From Scenedesmus sp. PABB004 (taxonomy: Eukaryota): a stretch of 64,000 nucleotides of DNA. Within the stretch, counting starts at the first letter, position 1. Every line of letters begins with the position of its first letter. Below the pieces are notes generated by a model, which saw only the letters and a list, made by a program, of their open reading frames with translations, searched no databases and was not told where the DNA came from. Position numbers and translations under genes: made by a program. The DNA is taken from positions 62,001-126,000 of the forward strand of contig JABVCE010000034.1 in the NCBI GenBank assembly GCA_014905635.1. Reading direction: 5' to 3'. Positions 38,031 through 50,631 of the stretch are shown one piece after another.

Positions 38031-38411
38031 ATGCTGCGACGCTGGAGCGGCCTGCTGCTGGCCACAAGCCTGCTCGCGTCGCAAGCTGCGACGCTCGCTG
38101 CTGCCGCCGCTGCTGCTGCCGCCGCCGCGCCCTACACCGCGCCCGGGCCCTGCTCGTGGGAGCGCGTCAAGCGCCCCGTGGTCATGCCGGAGAACACGGG
38201 CTGCAAGGGCCCCGGGCAGTGCGCCCTGTCGACCACGCTCACGCTGCCGCGCGCCAACGCGTCGGAGGCGTCGCCCGACTGCCCCGAAGGGCCGGTGCCC
38301 ATCGTCGTCATGTTCAACGGCTTCCAGGTGACCCTCCCCGCCGCAGCCGCGCCGCTCGCGCGCCATGCAAGCGCTGCGGCCGCTGGCCGCTGGCCACCGG
38401 CACGCCAGCTG

Positions 38412-38447
<36 letters not shown>

Positions 38448-39573
38448 TGCGCGCAGTCCCCGAGCGCGGCGTACCGCGACTATGCCAGCCGCCTCGCCTC
38501 GCACGGCTACGCTGTCCTGCAGTACGACGCGGCGCCGCTGACGATCACCCCCGACGCGACGGAGCTCCGCTTCCTGGCGCCGCTGCTCGAGGCGCTCCGC
38601 GGCAGTGTCGCCCCCGCCGCGTCGCGCTCGACCAGCTCGCGGTCGCCGGGCACAGCAGGCGCGCGGCGCGGGCGGGCGGCGTGCGTGCGGGCTGCCGGCG
38701 CGGGAGCAGGGGGGCGCGCCGCGCGAGGCGCTCGCTGCGCAGCCCGCCCACACGCCGCCGCGCCGCCCGCCCGCCCCGACCGGCCCCGGGCGCGCAGGGG
38801 CGGCAAGCTCGCGGCGCTGCAGCTGGCGACCAACCCCAGCGTACGGGCGGCCTATCTGGTGGACCCCGTGGTGCGCCGGGGGAGCGCGGGGCGGCGGCAG
38901 CGGCTGCGGCGGCGGAGCGGCAGGGGAGCGCGCCGGCGGGACGGGCGGGGGCGGCGGTGGGCGGGCTCCGCCGTCGCCGCGCCGGCCGTCCCCTCGCACC
39001 CGCGCCGCCCTCACGGCGCGGCGGCGGGCTCGCGCGCGCGCCGCGCGCGCAGGACAACACGATGTTCAGCCCCGAGTCGGAGCAGTACCCGAGCGCGGCC
39101 AAGGCGCTCGCGGCGGCGCAGCCGCGCCGCAGGGCGGGCGTGAGCGGCGCGGGCGTGGTGAGCCTGTGCAACCCCGCGGACGCCAACTACCCTCGCTTCG
39201 TCGATGCGCTCGCGCCCGGGAGCTGGCTCGAGGTGCTGCCCAACGCGACGCACCTCGCGTTTGCCGGCGCGGGCTTCGGCAGCCTCCCCATCTGCGGCAA
39301 GGGCGCGCTGAGCGCGCGGGTGCGGCGGCGCGGCGCGCGTGCGGCGCGGGGCGGGGCGGCGCGGGGCGGCGCGGGGAGGCGCGCGTCGGGCGAGCGGCAA
39401 CGGCCCCCGCCCCGCCGACCGCCCGTGCGCAGGAGGCGACCAGCATCACCGCGGCGACGATGCTCGCCTGGCTGCAGCAGGAGGTGCGCGGCGTGCCGGT
39501 GCCTGAGTCGTTCAAGGCGTGGCTGCGGGGGCGGGCCGGCGCGGGGAAGCTGACGTTTGAGGTCAAGCCGTGA
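38031..39573 (+). CDS. Chlorophyllase-like alpha/beta hydrolase with signal/transit-like N-terminus
   Basis: PIVVMFNGF, YASRLASHGYAVLQYD, nucleophile elbow AGHSR|GGKLAA (GC-AG intron 38659-38797), LVDPV|DNT, His motif ATHLAF. Needs one extra base in the CCCCC run at 38611-38615. Confidence 0.8.
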
Positions 39574-39930
39574 GCGCGGGCCGGATCCGCTTGCCGCGAA
39601 CGAACGGCGCACGGAATGAACGTACTATTGCCGCACTCAATGGCATTGATTTTTTCCCACTGCATTGCTGCGGGGCTGATTGGTACCACGTGCACAGGCG
39701 CGCCAACAAACCGAATCCGGACGGGTGGGGCTTTGCAGGGTTTTGCGCGGCGCTCGCAAGCCCCCGCGTCGTAACACTTTCAGCGCCGCCCCGGCACGCT
39801 CGCCCCCCGGCTCGCCCACGATCAGCACAGCACCCGTAGTGCTCTCCCCGCGCGCCCGCAGCGCAGCGGGCGACCGCCGCCAACGATTGCTCGCGAGGCC
39901 GCCGCCGAGACGGCCGCCGCCGCCGCCGCG

Positions 39931-40789
39931 ATGTTCCTGCAGCACAACTGGACGGGCTCGCTCGCTCTGTACGCCACCAGCCCCGCGCAGCCGCTGCTGG
40001 GCGCGCCCGTGAAGGGCGTCGGGCGCAGCAGCGGCGCGGGGCGCGGCGGCTGGCTCAAGGCCGCCGCGGCCGCGCGGCTGCGCCTCGCTGGCGGCGACGA
40101 CGGCGCCCCGGCTCTGCAGCTGCACCTGGGCGACCGGCTGCTCCTGGCGGGCGACCTGGGCGACGCCGCGCTCGAGCTGCTCCCGGGCGACGTGCTCGCG
40201 CTCACGCCCGCGGCGGCGCAGGCCCCCGGCGAGGCGCGCGTGGCCTTTGCCTTCCGCTTCTACGACGCCGCCGACCGCGCCAGCTTTGTGGCCGCGCTGG
40301 CCGCGCTGGTGCGGGCGCGCGCGGGCGCCGGGCGGCGCGCAGCGCGGCCGGGGCCTGGCGGCGCGGCGGCGGCGCCCGCAGCAGAGCAGCTGCGGGCGCC
40401 GCCGGCGGACCCACCCGCGGACCCCGCTGCGATCAAGGCCCTGATCAAGGTGGGGTGGCAGGGGCGCGAGGGCCTGCAGCCGCGCTGAGCGCGCGCGGCC
40501 CGGCCCGATGCACGCGCGCGCGCTGTGCGCGGCCGTCGCCGACCGCCGCCGCCGCGCGCCGCCGCCGCCGCGCAGAGCTGCCTGCAGGACCCGTCGTTCC
40601 AGGGTGATCGAGCGCGCGCGGTGCTGTGCGCGCTGCGCCGCCGCGCAGCTCACGCCGCCCACGCCGCGCCGACCCGCTCGCGTGCCGGCAGCCTTTGTCG
40701 CACAGGTGGAGGCGCTGTGGGACGAGGCGGCCGAGGAGGTGGCGAGCGGGGGCACCGGCGGCGCCGCAGACGAGGCCGCCGGCGCGTGA
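39931..40789 (+). CDS. REC114: REC114/PHS1-like meiotic double-strand-break accessory protein
   Basis: PH-like N-terminus (HNWTGSLALY...GGWL...LQLHLG...FAFRFYDAADRASFVAAL), a linker, and the spliced C-terminal IKALIK|SCLQDPSFQ|AFVAQVEALW, matching the REC114/PHS1 C-terminal motif from memory. Confidence 0.7.
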
Positions 40790-41096
40790 GGCGCGGCGCT
40801 GACTCAGTTGCCAGGGGTCGTGCGCGGCGGCGCGCGTGGTGCGGTCCAGCCCGAGAGCAACTGCAACGCCCGTGCACTCTTCTTCTGTGCAGCGCAGCTG
40901 GGATGCGCCCTCGCGGCGCGCGCGCCGCCACTCTGCGCGATCGCCCACCCACCGCGCCGCCGCCCCGCTCGCGCTCTCGTGCGCCCCCGCCCGCGCCGCC
41001 CGCGCCGGCGAGCGCGCGCGCAACACACTCGGACGCGCCCCCGCGCACGCGCCCGCGGGCGCGTCGGTGGCGGCCCGCGCTCACGCGCCGCCGCGC

Positions 41097-43272
41097 TCAC
41101 ACGCCGGCGAGGGAGTCGATGATGACCCGATAGCCCTCCAGCAGGTCGCCCCGCTCCCGCACCGCCTCGACGATGGCCTGCATGTCGGCGGGGTCCATGC
41201 TCGGCTGGCCCGCGAGCCACAACAGCAGGTGCAGGTCGGCGAGGCGCGCCGCGTACGGCGCCGACGCGTGCTTGCGCAGGTGCTCGCGCAGCGCCGCCGC
41301 GTTCTGCGCGCGCGGCGCGGCGCCGGGCGGGCAGGTGAGCGCGTGCGTGTGCGCGGGCGCACGCGGGCGCGCGAGCCCCGCTCGGAAAGCCAAACGCGCC
41401 TGCGGCAGCAGCCGGTTCTCCACGGGGAAGCTGGTGAGCAGCGGGCCGGCGTGGTCCTGGATGGCCAGGGCGACGAGGAACCAGTCGTTGTCGACGCTGT
41501 CCGCGTCCTTGCCTGCCGTGCGCGCGCGCCGGAGGGCGGCGCGATGAGCGGCGGCACGCTGAGCGGCGGCGGCACGCTGAGCGGCGGCAGCGTGGCGGCG
41601 GCGGCAGAGGCGGCGCGGCGGCGGCGCGGCGGCGCCGCAGCGGCGGCGGCGGCGGCGGAGGCGGCGGCGCGGCGGCGGAGGCGCGCACCCGCGACGATGA
41701 TGGCCTGCTCCAGGCCCGGCTCCTTGGGGTTGGCGAGCCGGCTGATGCCGCTCGGCTCGGCCTCGGGCAGGAACCAGCCGTCGCGCGCGAGCTCCACCGC
41801 CTGCTCGCTGACCTGGAACGCCTCAAAGTGCACGTTGCCGCCGTGGTCGTTCGCGTCCCACGTCACCAGCACCGTCACGCTCTGCGGCCCAAACTCGGCC
41901 GCCATCGCCGCCATCGCCTGGACCTGGCGGCGGCGTGGCGGCGCCGCGAGCGAGGCGAGCGAGCGTCGGCGCAGGCGCGGCCGGCACGGTGCGCAGCACC
42001 TCACAGGCCGAACCGCGGCGCGGCGCGGCGGTGCTCGCGCGCTTACCTCGCTGCTGCTGACGATGAAGTCGCGCTCCTTGGTGCTCTGGCTGAACACCCA
42101 GCCGACCTTCTTCAGCCCCAGGATGCCAGCCAGGAAGTCGCACTGCGCACGGCGGGGGAGAGGGGGGAGAGCGCCGATGTGAGTTGGGGCGGCCCAGCGC
42201 CACGCGCGGGGCGGGGCGGCTCGGCAGGCGGCGTGGCGCGGCGCGGCGCGCCTGCGCCTCCTGCGGCGTGCCGCGCTCCATAGCGAGCTCGTCGGGCCCA
42301 CCGCTCTGCGGCGGCTCGTAAACAAACTCCACGCGCACCACGCTGTCCTCGCCCACTGCGGCGCGCGGTCGGCGCACGCGCGGTCGGCGCCGCACGCGCG
42401 GGCGGCGCACGCGCGGTCGGCGCCGCACGCGCGGTCGGCGCTCGCGCGGCGCGGGTCGCGCGTCGCGACCCCACCCAGGCGGCGCCGCGCTCGGCGCCGC
42501 GCGCCGCACCGGTGCCGTAGAGGATGCCGCCGCGCTGTATGGAGAAGGCGAGCGCCTGGTTGAGGTAGGTCTGGAACGCGTTGGCCGCGCCGCGGTCAAA
42601 GCTCACCGCCTCGACGCGCGCCTTGTCCTGGCGCTCGATGCGGCGCTGCTTCGCGACGATCTGCGCCACCTGGCGGCGCGCGGCGGGGCGCGGCGCGGCG
42701 CGGCGCGGCGCGGCGCGGCGCGGGGCGCGGCGCGCGAGGTGGTCGGCCGCGCGCGGCGCGGCCGTCGCCGGCGCGCGGCGCGCAGCACGGTGTGGGGCGC
42801 GGCGCCGCCGCCCGCCGCCGCGGCGCACCGTGACGTACGACCCGAACGGGCGGTTGCTGTCGAGCGGGCCGGGCTTGTACACCGGCTCCACCTGGCGCTC
42901 CATGTCGTACGACAGGAACAGGAGCGCCCCGTGCGCCACGCCCAGCGCGCTCAGGCGCACGGCGGCGTCGCCGCTCAGCAGGCTGCGGCGCCGCGGCGCG
43001 CCCGGCGCGGCGTGGGCGCGCGGGGGCGGCGCCGCCCGCGCTGGCCGGCCTGGCGCGCCGGCCGCCGGGGCCTCCGCCGCGCCCGCGCGCGCGCACCTGA
43101 CGCCGGCGCCGCCGTCCTTGGCCGTCAGCAGCGCCGGGTCGGTGCTGAGCCGCTGCTGCTCCACCGGCACGCCCAGCTGTGCCTGGATCGCCTGCTGCAG
43201 CTCGCCCACGGTCGCGCCGTCGTCCACCTGGATCCGCTCCAGGCCATCCCTGGAGCGCAGCCGGATGAGCAT
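41097..43272 (-). CDS. NPL4: NPL4 (CDC48-UFD1-NPL4 cofactor), plant type
   Basis: MLIRLRSRDGLERI ubiquitin-like domain, VSFDRGAANAFQTY, RGGILYG, VEFVYEPPQ, LGLKKVGWVFSQS, VHFEAFQVSEQAV, VDNDWFLV, FPVENRL, LADLHLLLWL, LLEGYRVIIDSLA. Confidence 0.95.
42361..42442 (+). repeat. Imperfect ~17-20-bp intronic minisatellite (CGCGCGGTCGGCGCCGCA)
   Basis: 4-5 imperfect tandem units in an NPL4 intron. Confidence 0.7.
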
Positions 43273-44248
43273 GCTGCCGCCGCGCCCGGCGCCCCGCCCC
43301 GCTCCGCGCGCAGGCCCGGCCGCCCGCCGCCGGCGCCGCCGCTGGCGGGCGCGGGGAGCGGGCGCGCTGCTGCCGGCTGCGACGGCGGCCCTGCCCTTCC
43401 GGGGCGGCGCCTGCGGGCAGCGCGGCGGCGGGGGCGCCCCGCGTCAGGGTCGGTCGGGCGGGCCTCGCGCACTGCGCGCCGCCACTCGCCGCGCGGCCGC
43501 GCCACCACGGCACGCAACACGCAACAACGCTGCACGCGCAGCAGCATCAGATCGGCTTTGTGTGGTCACCACTCGGCCAACACCACGCGCCGGCGCGCGG
43601 GCGCCCGCGCGGGCGCCGCGCCGCGACAGCTCGCGCTGCGCGCGGCGAGGCGCAGCCGCCGCCGGGCCCACGCTCGGCCGCGTGCATGGCCAGGTCTGCA
43701 GTATCCGTCCGCCGCCGCCCCCGCCGCGACGGCGCGCGGCGCGGGCGGCAGCGGTCATCCCCTGCTGCTGCGCGCGCTGTGCCAGCGCATGCATGCGCCT
43801 CCCCACGCACACGCCCGCATCGCTCGCCACGCCACCACCGCGACCGGGCGGGCGGGGCGGCCGCTGGCGCGCGGCGCGCCGCCGGGCGGCGCTGCTGTCG
43901 CCCGCACCTGCGCGCTGCCACGCGTGGCGCCCGCGCGCGTCCGGCGCTCGCCCCGGTGAGCTGCAAGGGCGCCTGGACGATCGGCGCTGCCGCCTTTGCC
44001 GTGCCGCAGCGCTGGCCACGAGGGGCAGCAGCAGCGGTGATGAGGAGGGCGCCGCAACCGGCGTGGGCTGGGGGGATCGGGAGACAGCTCTGGTGGTCCG
44101 GGCTGCGCGCCTCCCGCCTCGACACCAGCGCCCAGACCACGACGGTGCACCGCCGCTGAACCACGGCGGCGCCGCGCACGCGAACGAAAAAACGGCGCTG
44201 CTTTGGCGTGCGCGCGCCGCGCCGCGCCCCACACCGCCGCCGCGCCAG

Positions 44249-45327
44249 ATGTGCCCGTCCACGCCGCCAGACCCCTGGGCCGACACACCCGCGGTGCTCG
44301 CGGCGCTCGCGGCGCACGGCGTCGCGCTGCTGCCGTCCGCGTTTGACGACGCCACGCTCGACGCGGCGCGCGCCGAGGCCGCCGGCCTGCTGGAGGCCGC
44401 CGAGGCAGCGGCGCTGAGCGGCGGCGGCGCGGAGGAGCTGGAGGGCGCTGCGGCGCGCGCGGCGGCGCAGCGGTGCGCCGGCGCTGGCACTGGCGGCGGG
44501 CGCTGCGCGCTCGCCCACGAGCCCCCGCGCGCCGCCGCCGCGCAGGGGCTGCGTGTTCCAGGTGCTGCCGGAGCTGACGTGCGCGGGCCACCCGGCGCGC
44601 CGAGACGCGCGGGCGTACTGGGCCGCGCGGTCCGCGTGGCCCTGCGCGCCTCGCGTCGGCGCGTGGCTGCGCGGCGCGCGCCTGCGCGCCCTGCTCGCGG
44701 CCGCGCTGGGCGCGGCGCCGCTGCTGTTTAACGAGCAGCACATCATCAAGCTCGGCGGCCGCGCCGCAGCGGCGGAGGCGACGGCGTTTGTGTGGCACCG
44801 CGACGGCGACGCGTGCCGCGAGGCGGGGCCTGAGAGGAGGTACCTCTCGCTGTGGGTCGCGCTGCACGACACGACGCCCGACAACGGCGCCCTGGTCGTG
44901 CTGCCCCGCGGGCGCGGCTGCGGCGCCGGCGGCTGCAGCTGCGGCGGCGGCGGCGACGACGGCGGGCCGCCGGCGGCCACGCGGCGGCCGGTGCGCTACG
45001 TGCACGTCGGCGGCGCGGCGGGCGCGCAGCTGCCCGTGGATGACGGCGACGGCGGGCCGGGGCCCGTCGGCCTGCTGATGCCCGCCGGCAGCGCGGTGCG
45101 CGCGCGCCGGGGCCTGGCGCGCCGGCCGCGCCGGCGGGGCGCCGCGGCCGCCGACGCGCGCCGCTGCCCGCCGCGCGGCGCAGGTCCTGTTTGACGACCA
45201 ACTCTGGCACTGCTCCGGCCCGAACGCAAGCCGGCACACCCGGTCGGCGTTCATGGCTCAGTTCTGCGCGGCGCCCCTGACCTGGCGGGAGGGCGGGGAG
45301 CTAGTCGGCCTGGCTGTGCCTTTGTGA
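44249..45327 (+). CDS. Phytanoyl-CoA dioxygenase (PhyH) family 2OG-Fe(II) oxygenase
   Basis: HGVALLPSAF, LFNEQHIIK, FVWHRD (HxD), LSLWVALHDTTPDNGALVVLP, MPAGSA|VLFDDQLWHCSGPNASRHTRSAF (distal His and Arg). The start may lie further upstream because this ATG follows a CAG. Confidence 0.85.
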
Positions 45328-45441
45328 CGGCTGCGGCGCGGGCCGGCACGTGCCGGCCCGCGCGTGCACGCGCGCGCGCCCGCCCGGGCTGCCGGGCTCG
45401 CGCCGCGCCACGCAGAGCGGCGTTAACGCCGCTAGCGGCAT

Positions 45442-45462
45442 TGTGGTGTAAGTTACACCACA
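45442..45462. terminator. Palindromic bidirectional poly(A) signal TGTGGTGTAA-G-TTACACCACA
   Basis: Perfect 10-bp inverted repeat presenting the green-algal TGTAA signal on both strands, between the PhyH stop (45327) and the NDUFB8 stop (45608). Confidence 0.65.
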
Positions 45463-45607
45463 GCGGCGCCGCCGCCCGCGCGTTCCGAAACGCCACCGCC
45501 GCCCCAGCAGCCGCGCCTCCCTCCCTCCCTCTGTCGCCCCTCCCGGCCGCATCCCGCTATTGCACACCCCCGGCGGACGCGCCCCGCCCGGGCCCCCGGG
45601 CACGCGC

Positions 45608-46529
45608 TCAGGCCTGCTTCGCCGGCAGCTCGCGCAGCGGCGGGCGCGCCCACTCGACCTTGCCGCGGTCGGTGTAGGTCTTCAGCACCTCCGGCGGGTA
45701 CTGCGACGGAACCTGCGCGGCGCGCGCAGCGGGCGGGCGGCCGCGGCGCACGGCGCAGGCGCGTTGGCGCGCGCGCGCGCGGCGCGGCCGCGGCGAGGCG
45801 CGACAAGCAGCTGCTGCGGCTGCGGCCGCGGCCGCGGGTGCTCACGTAGACGTCCTTGCGCTCGCTCCAGCTCGCGTTCATCGCCCAGATGCTGCCCGCC
45901 AGGCCGGTGAGCACGATCGCGAGCTGCCGCAGCGTCGTGCCCTGCGCGGGGCGGCGCGCGCGGGGGTGGGCGCGCGCGCGCGGGCGTGTCGCGGCGGCGG
46001 CGGCGGGGGCGGCGGGGGCCGGGGCGCGGGCGCGCCCGCTGCCGCCGTCCCGCTCCGCCGCGTGCGCGTGCGCGCCGCTGCTGCTGCCGCTGCCGCTGCC
46101 GCCTGCGCGAGAGCGCACCGGCGACTGCAGCTGCGGCTCCAGCGTGCCGTCCAGCACCGGCTGCGAGTGCAGCAGGCCGTCGTGCCACCAGAGCTCGTCC
46201 CAAAGCGGCACCTGCGGCGCGTGGGCGGCAGCGGTCGCGCGCGCGCGCGGAGAGCAGCGGCGCCGCTGCTCCGCCGGCAGCCGAGGCGGCAGCCGCAGCG
46301 GCGCCGCCGCCGCCTGGCCGGCGGGGCGCGCCCCGCCGGACCCCGTCCCGCGAGCGGGGTGCGCCCGCGCTCGGCGGTGGCCCCAGGGCGGGCGCGGGCC
46401 AATGCAGCTCACCGGCTTCTCCTGCGGGGCCGCGTACTTGATGGGCCCGCCGCCCCCGCCGCGCTGCGGCAGGCCGCGCGCCTGCGCCAGGCCCCGGGCC
46501 AGCGCCCGGCCGCCCTGGCGCAGCGCCAT
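45608..46529 (-). CDS. NDUFB8: Mitochondrial complex I subunit NDUFB8 (ASHI), 4 exons
   Basis: Presequence, then KP|VPLWDELWWHDG...QPVLD, resembling plant KPLxxNDELxWDNG..PEPCID. One TM segment (LAIVLTGLAGSIWAM) and VY|VPSQYP. Confidence 0.75.
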
Positions 46530-47199
46530 GGAGGGGCGGGGCGCCCCGAGGAGATCGAGCGCACGCGCGGGGCAGCCCAGGGGCGCGGGGGCGTTCGGCT
46601 GAGGCTGAAGTGAGGGCGCTGAGGGGCGAGGAGGCTGCGGGGCGAAGGGGCGGGCGGGCGGCGGCGCCGGCGGCACGGCGCCGGGGCCCGGCAACGACGC
46701 GAGGTCCGGCGGCGTCGCGTGCTGGCGCGGGCTCGCCGCAGGCCGTGCCTCCACAGCGGCACCGGCTCGGCCAAGAACAGGCGCCCCCAACCACGCGGGG
46801 GCGACGCGCGGCGGCCGCGCCCCGCGCTGCGTTGACGTCGCGCTGCGCCGGCGCGGCCGCCGCCTGCCGCGCTGGGGCGGGGCGCGCGTCGCCGCCGTCG
46901 TCGCGCTGCGCTGGCGCACCTCCCGGGGGCGCGGGCGCAGCTGACGCGCGTTACGGGGTTTCGCCTGCCGGGCCTGCTGCTGCCAGGCGCAGTACACAGC
47001 CTACCACTCCCCGCCAGCAGCCCTCACCCCACGCCCGCTCTGTCTGGCCAGTCCCGCGACCGCGCCGACGCCCGACGCCGCCCTAACCGACCCGGCGCTG
47101 TCTTGACCGCCCCGCGCGCCCCCGCCCCGCGCCCGCGGCCCCCCGCCGGCCCGCCCCGCGCTCCGGGAGGTCGCCCAGGCGCTGTCGGAAGCCGCAGCC

Positions 47200-48556
47200 A
47201 TGGCGCTGGCGAGCCGCGCGCGCGTCGCCGGCGGCAGCACTGCCCGGCCCTGCCCGGCGCCCCTGGCGCCGCTCCGCGGCGCCTGCGCGGTGAGGCGCGC
47301 GGGCGGGGGCGTCCCGGGCTCGCCCCGCGCCGCGGTGCCGCGCCCGCTCAGGCGCCCGGGCCGCGCCGCGCCCTGCAGGCGCCCCGCCGGCGAGGCACGG
47401 CCGCCCGCGCGCTGCCCGCGTCGCCCGTGGTGCGGGAGCTGCCCACACAGGTGCGGCGGGGCCTGATCAGGCCGCCGCGCGGCGGCGCGGGGTCGCGTGG
47501 CGCCGCGGCGCGCGGGGGGGGCGCCTCCGAAACATCACGCTGCTGACGCGCTCCCCGCTGGGGCGCGCCACGCAGGTCGCGGAGACCTTCTACGTCGTCC
47601 AGGACCCCGCCCTGTTCAACACCTCCTACTCCGACGCCCTCCTGGTGCGCCGCGGGCCGCGGGCGCGGTTGTTGAGCGCCGATTGATGGCGCTAGTTTAG
47701 GGCCGTGCGCGCGTCCTACGGGCCGCGCCGCCGCCCCGGCTTCCCCCCATGGCCCTCAGCCGCCCGGGGGCGGGGCCGGGGGCGGCTGGGCGGGCGGCCG
47801 CGATCGGGCGCCGCGGGCGCGCGGCGGCAGCAGCCGCCGCCGCTGCTGACGCGGCCGCGCGCGCGCCGCGCCGGCCCCGCCCGCCGCGCCGCGCAGCGCT
47901 TTGTCGACGCCGCCATCCTGGCGTACGAGTGCGGCATGAACGAGGACAGCCTGCGGCACGAGCTCAAGGTCTACAAGGCCTCGCTCGAGCAGTCGCTCGC
48001 GCCGCCCGGCATGGTGCGCGCGGGCGCGAGGGCGCGCGCGGCGGCGGCGCGCGCCCCGCCGACCGCGGCGCGCCCTCGCGGGGCCCCACCGCCTCACGCC
48101 GCACTGTGCCGCCCTGCGCGCGCAGGCGCTGAACGACGAGGGCTGCATGCTGGGCGCCAAGATCGTGTGGATCACGCTCATGGAGACGCGCAGCGTGCGC
48201 CGCTGGGCCGCATGTGAGCGCGGCGGCCGGGGGCCGCCCGGGGCCGCGCGGGGCCGCCGCGCGCGCGCCCCTGCGCTCACAGTCCCGCGCTCACACGCTC
48301 GCGCCCCGCGCGCGCGCCCTCTGCGCACGCAGACAACCCCGTGACCGACGACACGCTGAGCCAGTGGTCTGGCTTTGTGACGATGATCGTGGACGGCTAC
48401 TTCAACCGCCGCATGGCCTGGTTCCCGGTCGAGCGGCTGCAGCTGGAGCTGTCGGTGCAGCAGGACCTGTCGGCGCCGCCGCACGACGTCGCCGAGTGGG
48501 CGCGCATCGTGTACACGGTGCTGGAGAAGGTGCACCCGCAGTTCCCCTCCGAGTGA
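47200..48556 (+). CDS. Conserved green-lineage protein of unknown function, probably plastid-targeted
   Basis: Transit-peptide-like start. Spliced FVDAAILAYECGMNEDSL, RRWAA..PVTDDTLSQWSGFVTMIVDGYFNRRMAWFPVERLQLE...RIVYTVLEKVHPQFP resembles an uncharacterised land-plant family (from memory). Confidence 0.7.
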
Positions 48557-50631
48557 GCGCCCGCCGGCCGGCCGGCGCCCGCCCCGCCCTGCTGAGCTGC
48601 GGGGCGGCGGCGGCAGCCGGGCGCGCGGGCGGGCGGGCGGGCGGGCGGCCTAGGCGCGGGCAGGCGGGCGATCCGTTCCAGCAGTCGGGTGGTCGCAGCT
48701 AGCGGGGCCTGCAGCGGCGGCGGGGCAGGGGCGCCGCGCCCGCGCGCGCGCGCACACACCACTGCTGCGCCCGCCCCCGACGCGCGGCTGCCAGGCCCGC
48801 GGGCGGGGAGGGGGCGGCGCGGCGGCAACAAAGCGCCCGTGGCGGCCGCCCCGGCGCCCGGCGCCGGGGCCGGCGCGCCGGTGCCGCCCGTCGCTGCTGC
48901 TGCCGCGGCCGCCGCCGCACGCCCACGCCAGCTGCGCTGGGCGGCGGCGGCGGTCGCGCGCGTCGCGGCGCGGCGCGGCTGCACCGGGCAAGCAGGCGGG
49001 CGGTGGCGTCAGGTAGAGGGCGGGTGGGGGCCGCCGCGCCCCCGGCCCGCGCGGCCGGGGGCGCGGCGCGCCGGCGACTGCGACGCTGACTCCCGGCATG
49101 CTCGTTGGCGCGGCGCGCGGCGCCCGCCCGCCGTCTGTACAACACACTCACACACAACACACCTCACCCCGCACTGACGCGGGCTGACCCGCGGCGCGCT
49201 CGCGCGCTGCCGCCACTGCACGCTTGACGACGCGTCTTGATGCTGCACGCAGGGCCGCGCACGCACGCACGCACGACGGCCCCGCACGCGGGGCCCGCGA
49301 TCCCAGGCCGCGACACGTTGACGCGGGCAGGCTGGGGCGGGTCGGCAGCGCGCTGGCCGGCCCAAGCCGGCAGCACGCAGCGGCAGGGGCCGCCCCCCTC
49401 TCGCAGCGCAGCAGCGCCGGCGCCCACGGCATTGGGCCGCCGGCACGCCACGGCGGGGCGGGGCGAATGAAAGGGGCTCCCGCATTGCGCAGGTAGCTAG
49501 CTAGGCCAGGTCTGCCGCTGCGGCGGCGCCGCCCACGTGGGCGCGCCGGCGCGGCGGTTGGGGGGGGGGGGGGGCAGCTGCGGCGGCGGCGGCGGCGGCG
49601 CGCTGCGCCCCGCCCCGCGCGCCGTGGCCCTGCTTGTACACACACACTCTGGCGGCGGCGACAACAATTGATTGGGGGGGCGCGCCCGCACGCGTTGTGC
49701 GGGGGCGCGCGGGATTGTCCTTCTTGCTCCCAGGGCCGCCGCGGCAGGGGCCCGCGCACGCGCCCGGGCGCCCGCGGCGCCGCCGCCACGCGTCGAACCG
49801 CGGCGGCGGCGCCCGCCCCGGGCGCGCGCGCGGCGCCCCTGCCCGGCCGCCGCCGGCGGGCGCGGCGGGCGGGGCGGCCGTCGACGCGTGCCGTCGCGCC
49901 GCGCCCGCGCCGCCCGCCCCCCGCCGGCGCGCGCCCGCGCCCGCGCTAGCTAGCTGCTGCTGCTGCTCCCGTGCCGCCTGCCAACCTGCCAACCCGCCTG
50001 CCGTCCATGCGGGCCTTTTTGGGCGCGCCCCCGCACGGCACTGCACTCCCGTGGCCCCGGTCTCTCTTCGCGCGCGCGGGCCCGCGCGCGCTCCGGCGCC
50101 GGCTGTCGTCGCCGCGCGACCGCGCCTGCACGCAGGCGCGCGCGCGGCGCGGGCCGGCGCGCGGCGCCCGCCGCGGCCGTCAGCATCTCTCACGGCCGCG
50201 GCGGCGGCGGCGTCGCGGTGGGGCCCGCGCGCGCCGGCTGGTCGTTCGGTCCCGGTCCGTGGTGGTCGTGGTCATCGTCGTCGCGCCGCACGCGCGCTGC
50301 ACAAGCGCGGTGTCGCGGTGTGGTCAAAGTAACAAGTGCTCCTGTGCCGGCTCGCCGTGGGAGCGCCCTGGTAGGTAGCCGTCGTCGGCCCGCGCCCCGC
50401 ACAGACGCCGCACAGACGCCGCAGGCCCAGCATCAGGCCCCGTTCAGCCGAGCCGCGCTCGCCCGACCTCCCGCGGCCCGGCCGCGCGCCAGCGCGCCGC
50501 CCGATCTCACCTCCCGCGCCGTACCGCGCCTTCTAGCAAGTCCGCCGTCCTTCCCGCGCGCCCGGGGCGGCGGCAGCGGCCCGAGCGCGCCAGCGCGGGC
50601 ACAGCAGCGGCGCGCGCGCGCCGGCGGCGCG

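Noticed and set aside
39590..39790. AT-richer stretch that might be a snoRNA or snRNA
   Set aside because: No canonical C/D, H/ACA or Sm-site arrangement; more likely 3' UTR or promoter sequence.
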